Of a stretch of 64,000 nt of DNA, positions 10,259 to 19,208 are shown piece after piece (the first letter of the stretch is position 1; each line of letters starts with the position of its first letter). A program made the position numbers and the translations under genes. The notes beneath the pieces are model-generated. The model did no database searches and had not been told where the DNA came from. It was given only the letters and a program-made list of their open reading frames with translations. Origin of the DNA: an uncultured Candidatus Saccharibacteria bacterium (GTDB taxonomy: Bacteria > Patescibacteriota > UBA1384 > XYA2-FULL-43-10 > 1-14-0-10-43-13); the NCBI GenBank assembly GCA_964364265.1, contig CAYILA010000004.1:9126-73125 (forward strand), in the 5' to 3' direction.

Positions 10259-10474
10259 TCAGTCTGCTCCAAAAAATGGTCCCGGTCCATGGCTCCGGAT
10301 CACGTGGGCAACAAGAATGCCGTTGCCCAGAACCGGGTCGTTGACCTTGCGGGACAATTCACACGCCTGCAAAGCAGGCACGTCCCGAACCGGTCCCAGC
10401 CGCTCCAAAATCGCCAAACCATGAACTGTGGCGTGGCATTCCAGTACCTGACGTTCATACAATTCTCGTTTCAT
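10259..10474 (-). CDS. Hypothetical small protein, GC-rich (about 60% GC) relative to its surroundings
   Basis: 71-aa ORF; GC hairpin gaggcgccc...gggcgcctc (10209-10235) just downstream; no recognisable family. Confidence 0.3.
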   Translation of the reverse strand: MKRELYERQVLECHATVHGLAILERLGPVRDVPALQACELSRKVNDPVLGNGILVAHVIRSHGPGPFFGAD

Positions 10475-10584
10475 TATTTCCTCCCCATCGGCGCCGGATA
10501 TTTAATATTATTACCTTATATTGATAAAAAAACAACCGCTGGCGGGTTGTTTTTCTCAATACAAGAGAAACATTATTTACTATT

Positions 10585-11736
10585 TTAAATCCTATTGTTT
10601 TCTTTTAGATAGCTCTTAATTTTCCGGATGATTTCAATCGCCGCCGCCGAAAGGGTTTTGTCCGGCATCTGAAAAGCGGCCGCCATCATGTGACCGCCTC
10701 CGCCGAAGAGCTTGGCGATCTCGGCCACATCGATAGAGGGAACGGATGAACGCAAAGAACCGTGAACCTCACCGCTCTTTTCCGAAAGAAGGAGAGCAAA
10801 ATTGGCGCCGGAGGCGGTTTTCAAAAGCTCGTCAATCAGGCCGCCCGATTCGTCCTCAGTCGCGGAAACCTCGGCAAAATCGCGCTTTCTAAGCTCGGAC
10901 CAGACGAATTTGTAGGCCATTTCGTCGTGCAAGTTAGAAAGAGCCCGCCCCCACAGCCGCAAAGTGGAAAGGGTTTTGGTTTTATAGATATTTTTAATAA
11001 TATCCTGCTGGCGCCCGCCTGATGCCACTAATTGGGCCGCCACCGTCAGGGATTTTGGAGTCGTGTTGGCATTTTGGAATGAGTTCGTATCGGCGATAAT
11101 ACCGGTTAGGAGAGAGGTGGCGATCGGTTCGTCGATGAATTTCGGATCGCCGGTCATAGCTTCAAAGACCGAGACCAGTATTTCAGAGGTTGATGTGGCC
11201 GTCATATCGATCAGATTAATCTTTCCAAAGTGGGTGTTGCCCGAATGATGGTCGATGTTTACTAGCGGTAATGAATAAAAGAGTTCGGCATTTTTTTCAT
11301 AGACCTCGCCCAGTCGCTCCAAATCGGTCGAATCAAGACAGATCACGGCGTCGTAGCCAAATCCGCCCTCCGGAAAAGTGACCATATCCGGTTCAAACTG
11401 CCCCATTTTTGGTGAAATAATTATCTCGAGTTGGTTGTCTTTGACCTTATATAGAAGCTTGTCAGCTTTAATATCTGAAACATTCAAAGAGATCACAAAA
11501 TCTTTTGTCGCCTTGAACTGGTCCTTGATCTCGGTAATTTCTTTTAAATAATTGAAGACGGCCGGCATCGAATCGTTGCAGACGGCCGTCACCTCTTTGC
11601 CCAGCTTTTTCATAGCCAAAACCACGGCCAAAGTGCTTCCGATCGCATCGCCGTCCGGTGATTTGTGAGTAAAAATAATAAACTTCTGTTTATTTCGTAA
11701 AATGTCGACGACTTGTTGTTTGGGTGTAAGTTCCAT
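10585..11736 (-). CDS. nrnA: DHH/DHHA1 phosphoesterase, NrnA-like nanoRNase / pAp phosphatase
   Basis: DHH motif NIDHHSGN and DHHA1 GGGGH motif. Confidence 0.85.
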   Translation of the reverse strand: MELTPKQQVVDILRNKQKFIIFTHKSPDGDAIGSTLAVVLAMKKLGKEVTAVCNDSMPAVFNYLKEITEIKDQFKATKDFVISLNVSDIKADKLLYKVKDNQLEIIISPKMGQFEPDMVTFPEGGFGYDAVICLDSTDLERLGEVYEKNAELFYSLPLVNIDHHSGNTHFGKINLIDMTATSTSEILVSVFEAMTGDPKFIDEPIATSLLTGIIADTNSFQNANTTPKSLTVAAQLVASGGRQQDIIKNIYKTKTLSTLRLWGRALSNLHDEMAYKFVWSELRKRDFAEVSATEDESGGLIDELLKTASGANFALLLSEKSGEVHGSLRSSVPSIDVAEIAKLFGGGGHMMAAAFQMPDKTLSAAAIEIIRKIKSYLKENNRI

Positions 11737-11835
11737 GAGACTTGCCTCATGCCTCGGCCTCGTTTCACTAGGTGAGACGGAACGGGCAGAATATTTTTTG
11801 AACTGACAAATATAGTCCTTTCGTACACGAATGTC

Positions 11836-11925
11836 AAATAGTTCTCCTCCTAATGTAGGAGGAGTCAGAGGAGGTATAATCCACTATTTACAGAGGTATA
11901 ATCCACTATTTACATTGGAACGAGA
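11836..11925. repeat. Hairpin A copy (ctcctcctaatgtaggaggag) followed by tandem gaggtataatccactatttaca x2; possible promoter for rpsT
   Basis: Same hairpin A as 1121 and 44118; two TATAAT-like boxes. Confidence 0.4.
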
Positions 11926-12074
11926 ATATGTTAAAGTGTCTATTGTATTCCAAGCGCATCATTCCACTTCGTGTCATCCCGACCGAAGTGGAGGGATCTT
12001 TTAAAAGATTTCTCGACTCGATAGATTCACTCACTCGAAATGACAAACTAATTAGAAATATAGGAATTACTGTT

Positions 12075-12386
12075 ATGCCTCTAACAAAATCAGCAAAAAA
12101 GGCCCTTGCCGTCTCAAAACGAAGAAAATTGGAGAATGACAAGATTAGAGCCAGAGTAAAAGGCGCCACCAAAGGCGTTCGAATTGGTGTTAAATCCGGC
12201 GCAGCCGATAATGCCTTGAAGCTTCAGCTTGCCTACCGCGAGCTTGATATGGCCGCCAAGAAAAAAGTTATTCATAAGAACAAGGCCAGCCGGCTGAAAT
12301 CCCGCCTTGCCAAGGCTGTCGCCGCCACTCCGGTGGTCGCCGAAGCCAAGCCGAAGAAAGCCAAGGCAGTCAAAAAAGCTAAATAG
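12075..12386 (+). CDS. rpsT: 30S ribosomal protein S20
   Basis: MPLTKSAKKALAVSKRRKLENDKIRARVK... is S20-like; the upstream part of ORF 11928-12386 is a translated PE-1 fragment, so I place the start at the ATG at 12075 (agga 9 nt upstream). Confidence 0.85.
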   Translation: MPLTKSAKKALAVSKRRKLENDKIRARVKGATKGVRIGVKSGAADNALKLQLAYRELDMAAKKKVIHKNKASRLKSRLAKAVAATPVVAEAKPKKAKAVKKAK

Positions 12387-12409
12387 TTAGACACTGGACA
12401 ACAGACAAT

Positions 12410-12441
12410 AAAATGCCTCTCGGGAAACCGAAGGCATTTTT
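12410..12441 (+). terminator. Rho-independent terminator after rpsT
   Basis: aaaatgcct-loop-aggcatttt stem followed by a T-rich run. Confidence 0.7.
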
Positions 12442-12458
12442 ATTATTTACTTAATTGA

Positions 12459-12550
12459 TGTCATCCCGAGCCCCAAAGGGGGCCCTTTGGGCCGGGTCGA
12501 GGGATCTTTTAAAAGATTCCTCCGCTCCCTGCGGTTGGTCGGAATGACAG
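12459..12550. repeat. PE-1 palindromic element with nested GC hairpin (ccccaaagggggccctttggg)
   Basis: gtcatcccgag ... ggtcggaatgacag inverted termini with the family core. Confidence 0.7.
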
Positions 12551-12589
12551 CTACTATTAGTACTCAAATAGTATTGCAATATATCCTCA

Positions 12590-13237
12590 TTGTGCTATAA
12601 TTACTTTCGGCATCACACAAACACTTATCCAGGAAGGGGGGTGTTGGGTTTGAATTTTACATTGATGCTATCAGCAACCGGTTTAGCAATGTACCTGATT
12701 GTGTTCTGCTGGTACATGCGATTGGTTATTCGCGGAGGAATAAGCCCAAACGCCTCCACATGGCTGATATGGGCAGTTCTCGGCATACTGAATGCCGCAT
12801 CTTATCAGACTCTTTCGGGAGACTGGGTAAAAGCGGCGGCGGCCTATGGTGCCTGTCTAACGAACGCGGCAACTTTCATTATCGCGCTAAAACTCGGAAG
12901 ATTTTATCCTTTGAGTCGGCGTGATTGGTTGATCGCAATTGTCGGGCTAATTGCTGCGACACTCTGGGCATTGAACCCGAAGGCACCCTATGCCAATGGG
13001 TTAGTACTGAGCTGCATAGCCTTTTCGGCCATACCAACACTTGTAGGCGTTTGGATAGATCCCAGTAGAGAAAGACCTATCGTCTGGAATCTTCTCGCTG
13101 TGTCGTATATCTTTCAGCTGATTGTAATAGGGTTACGCTGGAAGAGTGGTTGGGACTTAATGTTCCCAATCACAGCAATGTCAGTGAACCTGAGTGTCGG
13201 TATCACCAGTGGCTTACGACGACGGTTTATTGGCTGA
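12590..13237 (+). CDS. Hypothetical polytopic membrane protein (about 6 TM)
   Basis: Hydrophobic segments throughout; true start may be the internal Met near 12665; no family recognised. Confidence 0.45.
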   Translation: MCYNYFRHHTNTYPGRGVLGLNFTLMLSATGLAMYLIVFCWYMRLVIRGGISPNASTWLIWAVLGILNAASYQTLSGDWVKAAAAYGACLTNAATFIIALKLGRFYPLSRRDWLIAIVGLIAATLWALNPKAPYANGLVLSCIAFSAIPTLVGVWIDPSRERPIVWNLLAVSYIFQLIVIGLRWKSGWDLMFPITAMSVNLSVGITSGLRRRFIG

Positions 13238-13312
13238 TGAGGTCTCTTCTCATCCCATATGACCGGGGCAGCTATTCAGAATCTGAAACCCCGGTAATGA
13301 CGAATAAGATGC

Positions 13313-13348
13313 TCAGAAAACCAAGCGCCTCCCTGTATTCAGGGAGGC
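13313..13348. terminator. Bidirectional rho-independent terminator (agcgcctccctg-tatt-cagggaggcgc)
   Basis: 11-bp GC stem with T/A runs on both sides, between convergent genes. Confidence 0.7.
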
Positions 13349-13357
13349 GCGATTTTA

Positions 13358-13900
13358 TTAAAGTGATAGCGACCGCATTCGGGGGTAGATGATGAAAAGG
13401 GCGTGGCCCAGGAAGAACCGCTTCTCAACCCCTCCGAAATAGCGGGAGTCATTTGAATTCGGCCGGTTGTCGCCCATCAGGAAGTATTCAACCGTCGAAA
13501 GGGTCCATTTGCCGTCCGGCTCACTGTTCACACCGTAGGGAATGTATAGTTCTTTCAATAATTTATTATTAATGTAGACCTTTCCACCCTTGGTCTCAAC
13601 CGTCTCGCCGGGAAGGCCGACCACTCTTTTCACATATCGTTTTTTGGCCGGGTCGCCTGGATACTGAACCACCACCACATCGCCTCGGATTGGATTTTTT
13701 TGCTTCGTATAGGCATTCTTTTGGAGCAACACCAGCTCCCGGTCGTGTAGATTCGGTTCCATCGAGAGTCCGTCCACCACAAATACCGTCATCCAGAAGG
13801 CGTTGACTAAAATTAAGACGATAATCAGCATAATCACGCCTCTGGCCAAATCAAAAACGATTCCTCCCCCGTAAACGATAGAACCAATAAATTTATTCAT
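13358..13900 (-). CDS. lepB: Signal peptidase I
   Basis: S26 motifs: GDSMEP-like box and GDNRPNSNDSRYFG. Confidence 0.9.
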   Translation of the reverse strand: MNKFIGSIVYGGGIVFDLARGVIMLIIVLILVNAFWMTVFVVDGLSMEPNLHDRELVLLQKNAYTKQKNPIRGDVVVVQYPGDPAKKRYVKRVVGLPGETVETKGGKVYINNKLLKELYIPYGVNSEPDGKWTLSTVEYFLMGDNRPNSNDSRYFGGVEKRFFLGHALFIIYPRMRSLSL

Positions 13901-13904
13901 AAAA

Positions 13905-14012
13905 TTACCTAACTCTTACCAAATTACAAATATGTCGAAAATACTAAATTACGAAAATACAAATGTTTTAGTAATTTCGTATTTTTGTTTAATTCGTACT
14001 TTCGTAGGGTTT
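13905..14012. promoter_or_regulatory. PE-3 leader element upstream of lepB
   Basis: tactaaattacgaaaatacaaatgttttagtaatttcgta ... attcgtactttcgtagggtt, near-identical to 9665-9716. Confidence 0.45.
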
Positions 14013-14018
14013 GCGTGA

Positions 14019-15542
14019 CTACTCAAACCCCGGTTCGCGTAAGGCGACAAAGCTGCGCGAGACATAAGAAATAATCGGAAAGAGCGACAAGCAAAAATCC
14101 TCCAAAGCCAAACCGCCCTTCTCGGTCAAGAACCAAGTCGGCATCTCAAAGTTGTGGTCCGAAAAGCGTTTTGCCCAGGCCGCCTCGCAGTCCATAACGA
14201 TGGCGTAGGGAAGGTAGTTTTGGAAAATGGCGGCCAGATTTTGGGAATAAACCATCGGTTCCGGACTGGAGAGAAACTTTTTGAAGGCAAGCCAGTTGGT
14301 CAGCTCTTCCTGGCCGAGCGGCGTCCGAATCGGGATGTAGGAGGCGGCTCCGGTGATTACCACCGCCGAAATCATCATCCCGATCCAGAAAAAGACGACA
14401 TAGGGCGGGTTCGGGAAGTAGGCGAAACTCAAACCGAAACCTGTTAACCCCAAAAGGAAAGCGAGTATTCCGAAAAATCGATATTTGGCATGGACGCTTT
14501 GGGGGTTCGTCTTAAAATATCCGAGCCGGGTGGTCAGGGCGTAAATGCCGGCTGAAACCAGCGAGATTTTCTTGCTGTAAAAATGGTTGTTAATCCGTTG
14601 TTCAATCTCAATTCGGTCGGCGCTTAAATTATTTCTAAATATTTTTGAAAGCAGTATCTTTTCGTATCCCAAGAGCCGTTTGTCAAATTTGCCCTTGCCG
14701 AAGGCAAATCCCCGCTCCCGGTCGATGATCAGAATGTCTCCCCGAATCGCCATATCAATCAGGGTGGCGGCTATCTCTCGCGAACGAACCTTCTGATGCA
14801 TTAAGACCCCGACCAGAGCCGGCGGGATCGCCATCGGCGGAGCGTTGATCGGTTTATCGGGAATCTCAATCTTCTGGCGTTTTGTTTGAATCAAAAGGAA
14901 AAAAACCATAAATACGAAGGTGAAGGAGGGCAAGGCGATGGCCGCAATCAGCCAGTAATTAAAACTTTTTGAAGCCAAATTGGTCTGTATCTGTTGAGTG
15001 ACATTCGCCTTAATCGTTCCTTTCGGCATCTTGGCCACAATTGAGACCGTGGCATAGCCGGAGACATCGTCGATTTCGTAGATTATTGTTTTTGAATCGG
15101 AGACATAGGAATTGGTAGCGCCGGCGCCGTGGATTGCCAAGACCTCATGACTTGTTTGGTAAGCGACATCGCCGGGTAAAGTCAGGGTAATCTTTAAACT
15201 CGGCATCGAAACACCCGATTGGTCGATTACCGGAGTTCTTAGTTCGTCTCCATCAGCCAAAAAGTTGATTTTCTTGTCCGATTCCTCCCCATCGATCGTC
15301 ACCGATCCTTCGGTTGATATACCGACTGCAATATCCTTGTCGCCGGTCGCGTCTCCGGATATTATCGGGGACTGATCCGCCTGCGAATTGTTGTTTGAAA
15401 CAAAGACATAAACAGCCCAACCGGCAAGTAAAAGCAACGAGAAAAAGAGGAATTTACGGCCGTAAAATCCCAAAATACTCCTTCGCGCTCTGGACCGCTT
15501 ATTCACAAGATCCCTCCGACAGTTACTAATCTGGAGTGTCAA
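14019..15542 (-). CDS. DUF2207-like membrane protein (N-terminal TM, extracellular domain, C-terminal multi-TM region)
   Basis: Topology and length consistent with DUF2207; assigned by architecture only. Confidence 0.5.
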   Translation of the reverse strand: MTLQISNCRRDLVNKRSRARRSILGFYGRKFLFFSLLLLAGWAVYVFVSNNNSQADQSPIISGDATGDKDIAVGISTEGSVTIDGEESDKKINFLADGDELRTPVIDQSGVSMPSLKITLTLPGDVAYQTSHEVLAIHGAGATNSYVSDSKTIIYEIDDVSGYATVSIVAKMPKGTIKANVTQQIQTNLASKSFNYWLIAAIALPSFTFVFMVFFLLIQTKRQKIEIPDKPINAPPMAIPPALVGVLMHQKVRSREIAATLIDMAIRGDILIIDRERGFAFGKGKFDKRLLGYEKILLSKIFRNNLSADRIEIEQRINNHFYSKKISLVSAGIYALTTRLGYFKTNPQSVHAKYRFFGILAFLLGLTGFGLSFAYFPNPPYVVFFWIGMMISAVVITGAASYIPIRTPLGQEELTNWLAFKKFLSSPEPMVYSQNLAAIFQNYLPYAIVMDCEAAWAKRFSDHNFEMPTWFLTEKGGLALEDFCLSLFPIISYVSRSFVALREPGFE

Positions 15543-15552
15543 AACTATTTTA

Positions 15553-16512
15553 TCATCTAAGACAAAATTCCGCCAGAACCAAATCGAGCGCTAGTCTTAC
15601 TTCAATCTGTCCGTTTTTTATCTCCTTATCAATATTTCCCAATCTTAAAAAAAAGTTTTGAATCTCTTTCTGGCCGCTGTTTTTCAGATTATTAATCGTT
15701 TTTGAAACGACAAAGGGATGCATTTTGACTATTTTGGCAATATTTCCTTGCGATTCTCCCCTTATGTAATAATCAAGGACTGAAAGCATCGTCCGGTATT
15801 GGTAAACGATCATTGAAAAAATCAGGTTTTCATTCACTCCTCCCTTAATTAGCTTGTCCATAACCATACAGGCTCTTTTTCCGTTCCTTGCCGCCACCGC
15901 ATCGATCAGGTCAAAATTAGTGCTGAAATTTTCCGGCGCCAGATTTTCCTCAATGTCTCCTATTGTAATGTTCTCACGCCCGTTTGCCATGGCATAAAGC
16001 GATAATTTTTCAATCTCGGAATTTATCCGCCAAAGGTCGGAGCCCGAAAATTCGGCAATTTTTTCAGCCTCTTTTTGACCAATCCTGATTCCCAAGCTCT
16101 TCCCCTTCCCGATAATCCAGCTGAATAATCTGGAACCGATAATCTGTTTGAATTCAAATGCTTGTTTTGGCTTATTTAATTTTTTGAATAGCGAACTTCT
16201 CTTGTCCGGCAGGCCTGATTCTCTAAATATTATCAATGTCGTATCTGGAATTTTTTCCAAATTTTTGCCAATATATTCGGCCAAAGTTTTATCCTTATTT
16301 TCAAGCAAAAAATTCCTGATTTCGACAATTTTTTTGGCCGAAAATATAGAGACGGCAAAAGCAACCTCATCAAATTGCGGTTTGGTCAGATCGTCTCCGT
16401 TTAGAACAAAAACCTCCGGCGGAAACTCCGCCTTCGCCAGAATCTGCTCTTTTAAGGAAACGATTTTTTCTTTGAGAGAGAATGTATCCTCTCCGTAAAA
16501 TAGATAAAACAT
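15553..16512 (-). CDS. holA: DNA polymerase III delta subunit
   Basis: N-terminus MFYLFYGEDTF and length typical of HolA. Confidence 0.75.
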   Translation of the reverse strand: MFYLFYGEDTFSLKEKIVSLKEQILAKAEFPPEVFVLNGDDLTKPQFDEVAFAVSIFSAKKIVEIRNFLLENKDKTLAEYIGKNLEKIPDTTLIIFRESGLPDKRSSLFKKLNKPKQAFEFKQIIGSRLFSWIIGKGKSLGIRIGQKEAEKIAEFSGSDLWRINSEIEKLSLYAMANGRENITIGDIEENLAPENFSTNFDLIDAVAARNGKRACMVMDKLIKGGVNENLIFSMIVYQYRTMLSVLDYYIRGESQGNIAKIVKMHPFVVSKTINNLKNSGQKEIQNFFLRLGNIDKEIKNGQIEVRLALDLVLAEFCLR

Positions 16513-16635
16513 AGTAAAAGTATTAAGTATCCAGTATTAAGTATCCAGTATCAAGGAATGTCATAGACACAATGTATTTTGTGGTTAACCCCCTAATACC
16601 AAATACCTGATACTTGATACTGCACTAAGCGAAGC

Positions 16636-17928
16636 TTAGTGCTTTGCTTCCAGCCAGTTCTTGCCGTAGGCGACCTCCACTTCAAGAGGAACACAAAGCT
16701 TAACCGCCCCTTCCATCACCTCTTTAATCATTTTCGATACCGATTCGGCATCTTCTTCCGGCGCTTCCGCCACCAGTTCGTCATGAACAGTCAGAATCAA
16801 TCTCGGTCGTCGGCCTGCCTCGCCGGTGGGCGGGTCGTCGGTCGTCGGTCGTCGGTTAATTTCTTTATCCAATTCGATCATTGCCAGTTTCAATATCTCC
16901 GCCGCCGTGCCCTGGACCGGCGTATTGATCGCCATTCGCTCTCCGGCATTGGCCGTCTGCCAATTTTCCGATTTCAATTCGGCGATGTTGCGGCGGAAGC
17001 CGAACAGCGTCTCAACATAGCCGTCCTTGTCCGCCTTGGCCCGCATATTTTTGACATACCGGGCGATGCCGGTGTGGACATCGAAATATTTATCGATATA
17101 ATTTTGGGCATCCTGCCGGTTGATTCCCAGCGCCTGTGACAAACCGTATGAGGTCTGGCCGTATAAAACCCCGAAGTTAACTGTTTTGGCCGCCCTGCGT
17201 TGTTCTTTGGTCACCTTGTCGGCCGGGACGCCGAAAATCTCCGATGCTGTTTTCGAGTGAATGTCGACTCCGCTCTCAAACGCCTTCAACATCACCTCGT
17301 CTTGCGCCAGACAGGCCACGATTCTAAGCTCAATCTGCGAATAATCGGCCGAGATCAAAACCATTCTCTCCGGCGCGATAAATGCTTTTCTGATCTCGTC
17401 GCCAAGCTCACCCTTGATCGGAATATTTTGCAGATTGGGATTTTTGGATGTCATTCGGCCGGTCGAAGTTTCCTGGCCGTAAGTGGTGTGAATCCGGCCG
17501 TCTTTAGTTACCAAGGCCGGCAGAGGTTTTAAATATGTCGAGACCAATTTTGAAAGTTCGCGGTATTCCAAAACCGGTTCGATAATTTTGTGTTTGCTTT
17601 TTAATTTAGACAGTTCCGGCGCCGCCGTAGAAATCCCCGACTTTGTTTTTTTAAGGTCAAAAATGGGAAGCTTGAGTTTTTTGAATAAAAGTTCCGCCAT
17701 TTGGCTCGGAGAATTGATATTAAACTTTTCTCCCGCCGCCTTGTATATTTCCTTTTCCAGTTTCGATATTCTGATTTCGAGTCTCCGCTGGAGCTCGCTC
17801 AAAACTTTTCTATCGATTAATATCCCGGCGTTCTCCATGGCGCGCAAAACCGGCTCGACTTGTCTGTCGATCTCTCCCGCACTGATATTCGGGATTTTGA
17901 CGCCCTTTTCACGTAGATGTGACCACAT
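16636..17928 (-). CDS. polA: DNA polymerase I, polymerase domain only
   Basis: Pol A motifs (ISADYSQIELRI, RRAAKTVNFGVLYG, HDELV); carries an in-frame PPTGEAGRRPR insertion from a GC palindrome at 16800-16860. Confidence 0.85.
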   Translation of the reverse strand: MWSHLREKGVKIPNISAGEIDRQVEPVLRAMENAGILIDRKVLSELQRRLEIRISKLEKEIYKAAGEKFNINSPSQMAELLFKKLKLPIFDLKKTKSGISTAAPELSKLKSKHKIIEPVLEYRELSKLVSTYLKPLPALVTKDGRIHTTYGQETSTGRMTSKNPNLQNIPIKGELGDEIRKAFIAPERMVLISADYSQIELRIVACLAQDEVMLKAFESGVDIHSKTASEIFGVPADKVTKEQRRAAKTVNFGVLYGQTSYGLSQALGINRQDAQNYIDKYFDVHTGIARYVKNMRAKADKDGYVETLFGFRRNIAELKSENWQTANAGERMAINTPVQGTAAEILKLAMIELDKEINRRPTTDDPPTGEAGRRPRLILTVHDELVAEAPEEDAESVSKMIKEVMEGAVKLCVPLEVEVAYGKNWLEAKH

Positions 17929-18049
17929 AATTTTAGAATATTGATTTCAGATTGTAGAAGTTAGAATGAGATTAGAGATTAGCAATTAGCAATTAGATTC
18001 TATATTATACATTCATTCTAAAATCTAATATCTATCCTCTAAATTCTAG

Positions 18050-19144
18050 TTATAGCTCCAATCTTAATTGACTATCCTTCTTCTTCTGTTCCTCGGTTAT
18101 TTTCCGTTGTTCTTCCGTCCGCCGGCCGGCGGATCCGTCCTTTCGTCTTTCAGTTTCCTTCGTAAATCTTTCAAGCAACGATTTAAACTGCAATTCCTCA
18201 AACAACTTCCGCAGTTCCCCCCTATCATACTGCCCCCATTTGGCATCTGCAAGAGAAAAATCAATCGGCACATTGCGTTCAATCGTGGCCAGCATTTGGG
18301 ATTGAAATGCCTGATCCTTGTGTTCGATCAACAACCTTAATATGCGAGGCTTTATATCCATTTGCTCGGCAAGCTTATCGATTGCTTCATTGTTCGATTG
18401 TTCGATTGTTAAATCAGCAATTGAGCAATTGAGCAATTGAGCAATCAGCCCATAAAGCTTCTCCAGCGTATCAAATTTAAGAATAAGATCAGTTGCAGTT
18501 TTGGGACCTATTGAAGGAACCCCGGGGATATTGTCCGAGGGATCCCCGGCAAGGGCTTTTAAGTCGACGAAATCCTCCGGATCGAGATTGTAAACCTCTT
18601 TCAAGTGTTTATGATCAAATATCTCCGCCTCCGAAAAGCCGCGCTTTAACATTAAAACTTTGACATGACCGTTTAGAAGTTGATAAACATCCTTGTCGCC
18701 CGAGGCGATGTAAATCATCAATTCTTCCTCTTGACTTTCGCCTTTCGCCTTTCGCCTTTCGCCTTTTAGGCATTTCTCTACTATTGTGCCGAGAATGTCG
18801 TCCGCCTCATATCCCTCTAGAGATAAAACCGGAATCCCGAAGGCCGCAAGCATCTCTTTTACCCGAGGAATCTGATCATAGAGTTCCTGATCGGCTTTAA
18901 CCCGCTTTGCTTTATATTCTTTATATTCGACATGCCGGAATGTCGGGCCGGCCAAATCAAAAGCGGCCGCGATGTAGTCGGGATGAAGTTCTTCGAGCAC
19001 CTTAATCAGCGCCAGAGCAAAACCGTAGGTTACATTAGTTAGTTCGCCCTTTGAATTCGATAAATTCTTAGGCAAAGCATGATAAGCCCGATGGATGATG
19101 GCGTTTGAATCGAGCAGGACTAAAGTTTTCATAACAAGATCCAA
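18050..19144 (-). CDS. 5'-3' exonuclease (Pol I N-terminal FEN-like domain) as a separate ORF
   Basis: 5'-nuclease domain with conserved acidic residues and H3TH; in-frame tandem-repeat insertions (caattgagcaat x3; cgcctttcgccttt x3). Confidence 0.85.
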   Translation of the reverse strand: MDLVMKTLVLLDSNAIIHRAYHALPKNLSNSKGELTNVTYGFALALIKVLEELHPDYIAAAFDLAGPTFRHVEYKEYKAKRVKADQELYDQIPRVKEMLAAFGIPVLSLEGYEADDILGTIVEKCLKGERRKAKGESQEEELMIYIASGDKDVYQLLNGHVKVLMLKRGFSEAEIFDHKHLKEVYNLDPEDFVDLKALAGDPSDNIPGVPSIGPKTATDLILKFDTLEKLYGLIAQLLNCSIADLTIEQSNNEAIDKLAEQMDIKPRILRLLIEHKDQAFQSQMLATIERNVPIDFSLADAKWGQYDRGELRKLFEELQFKSLLERFTKETERRKDGSAGRRTEEQRKITEEQKKKDSQLRLEL

Positions 19145-19208
19145 AGTAATGTTCTTGATACAGTGCGTTAAAAGAAGCGAAGCGCACTTATATTACGATT
19201 TTATCATA

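Noticed and set aside
11928-12386. 152-aa ORF read as one protein
   Set aside because: The first ~49 codons translate a PE-1 repeat fragment (VIPTEVEGSFKRFL). S20 similarity begins at MPLTKSAKKAL, so rpsT is called from 12075.
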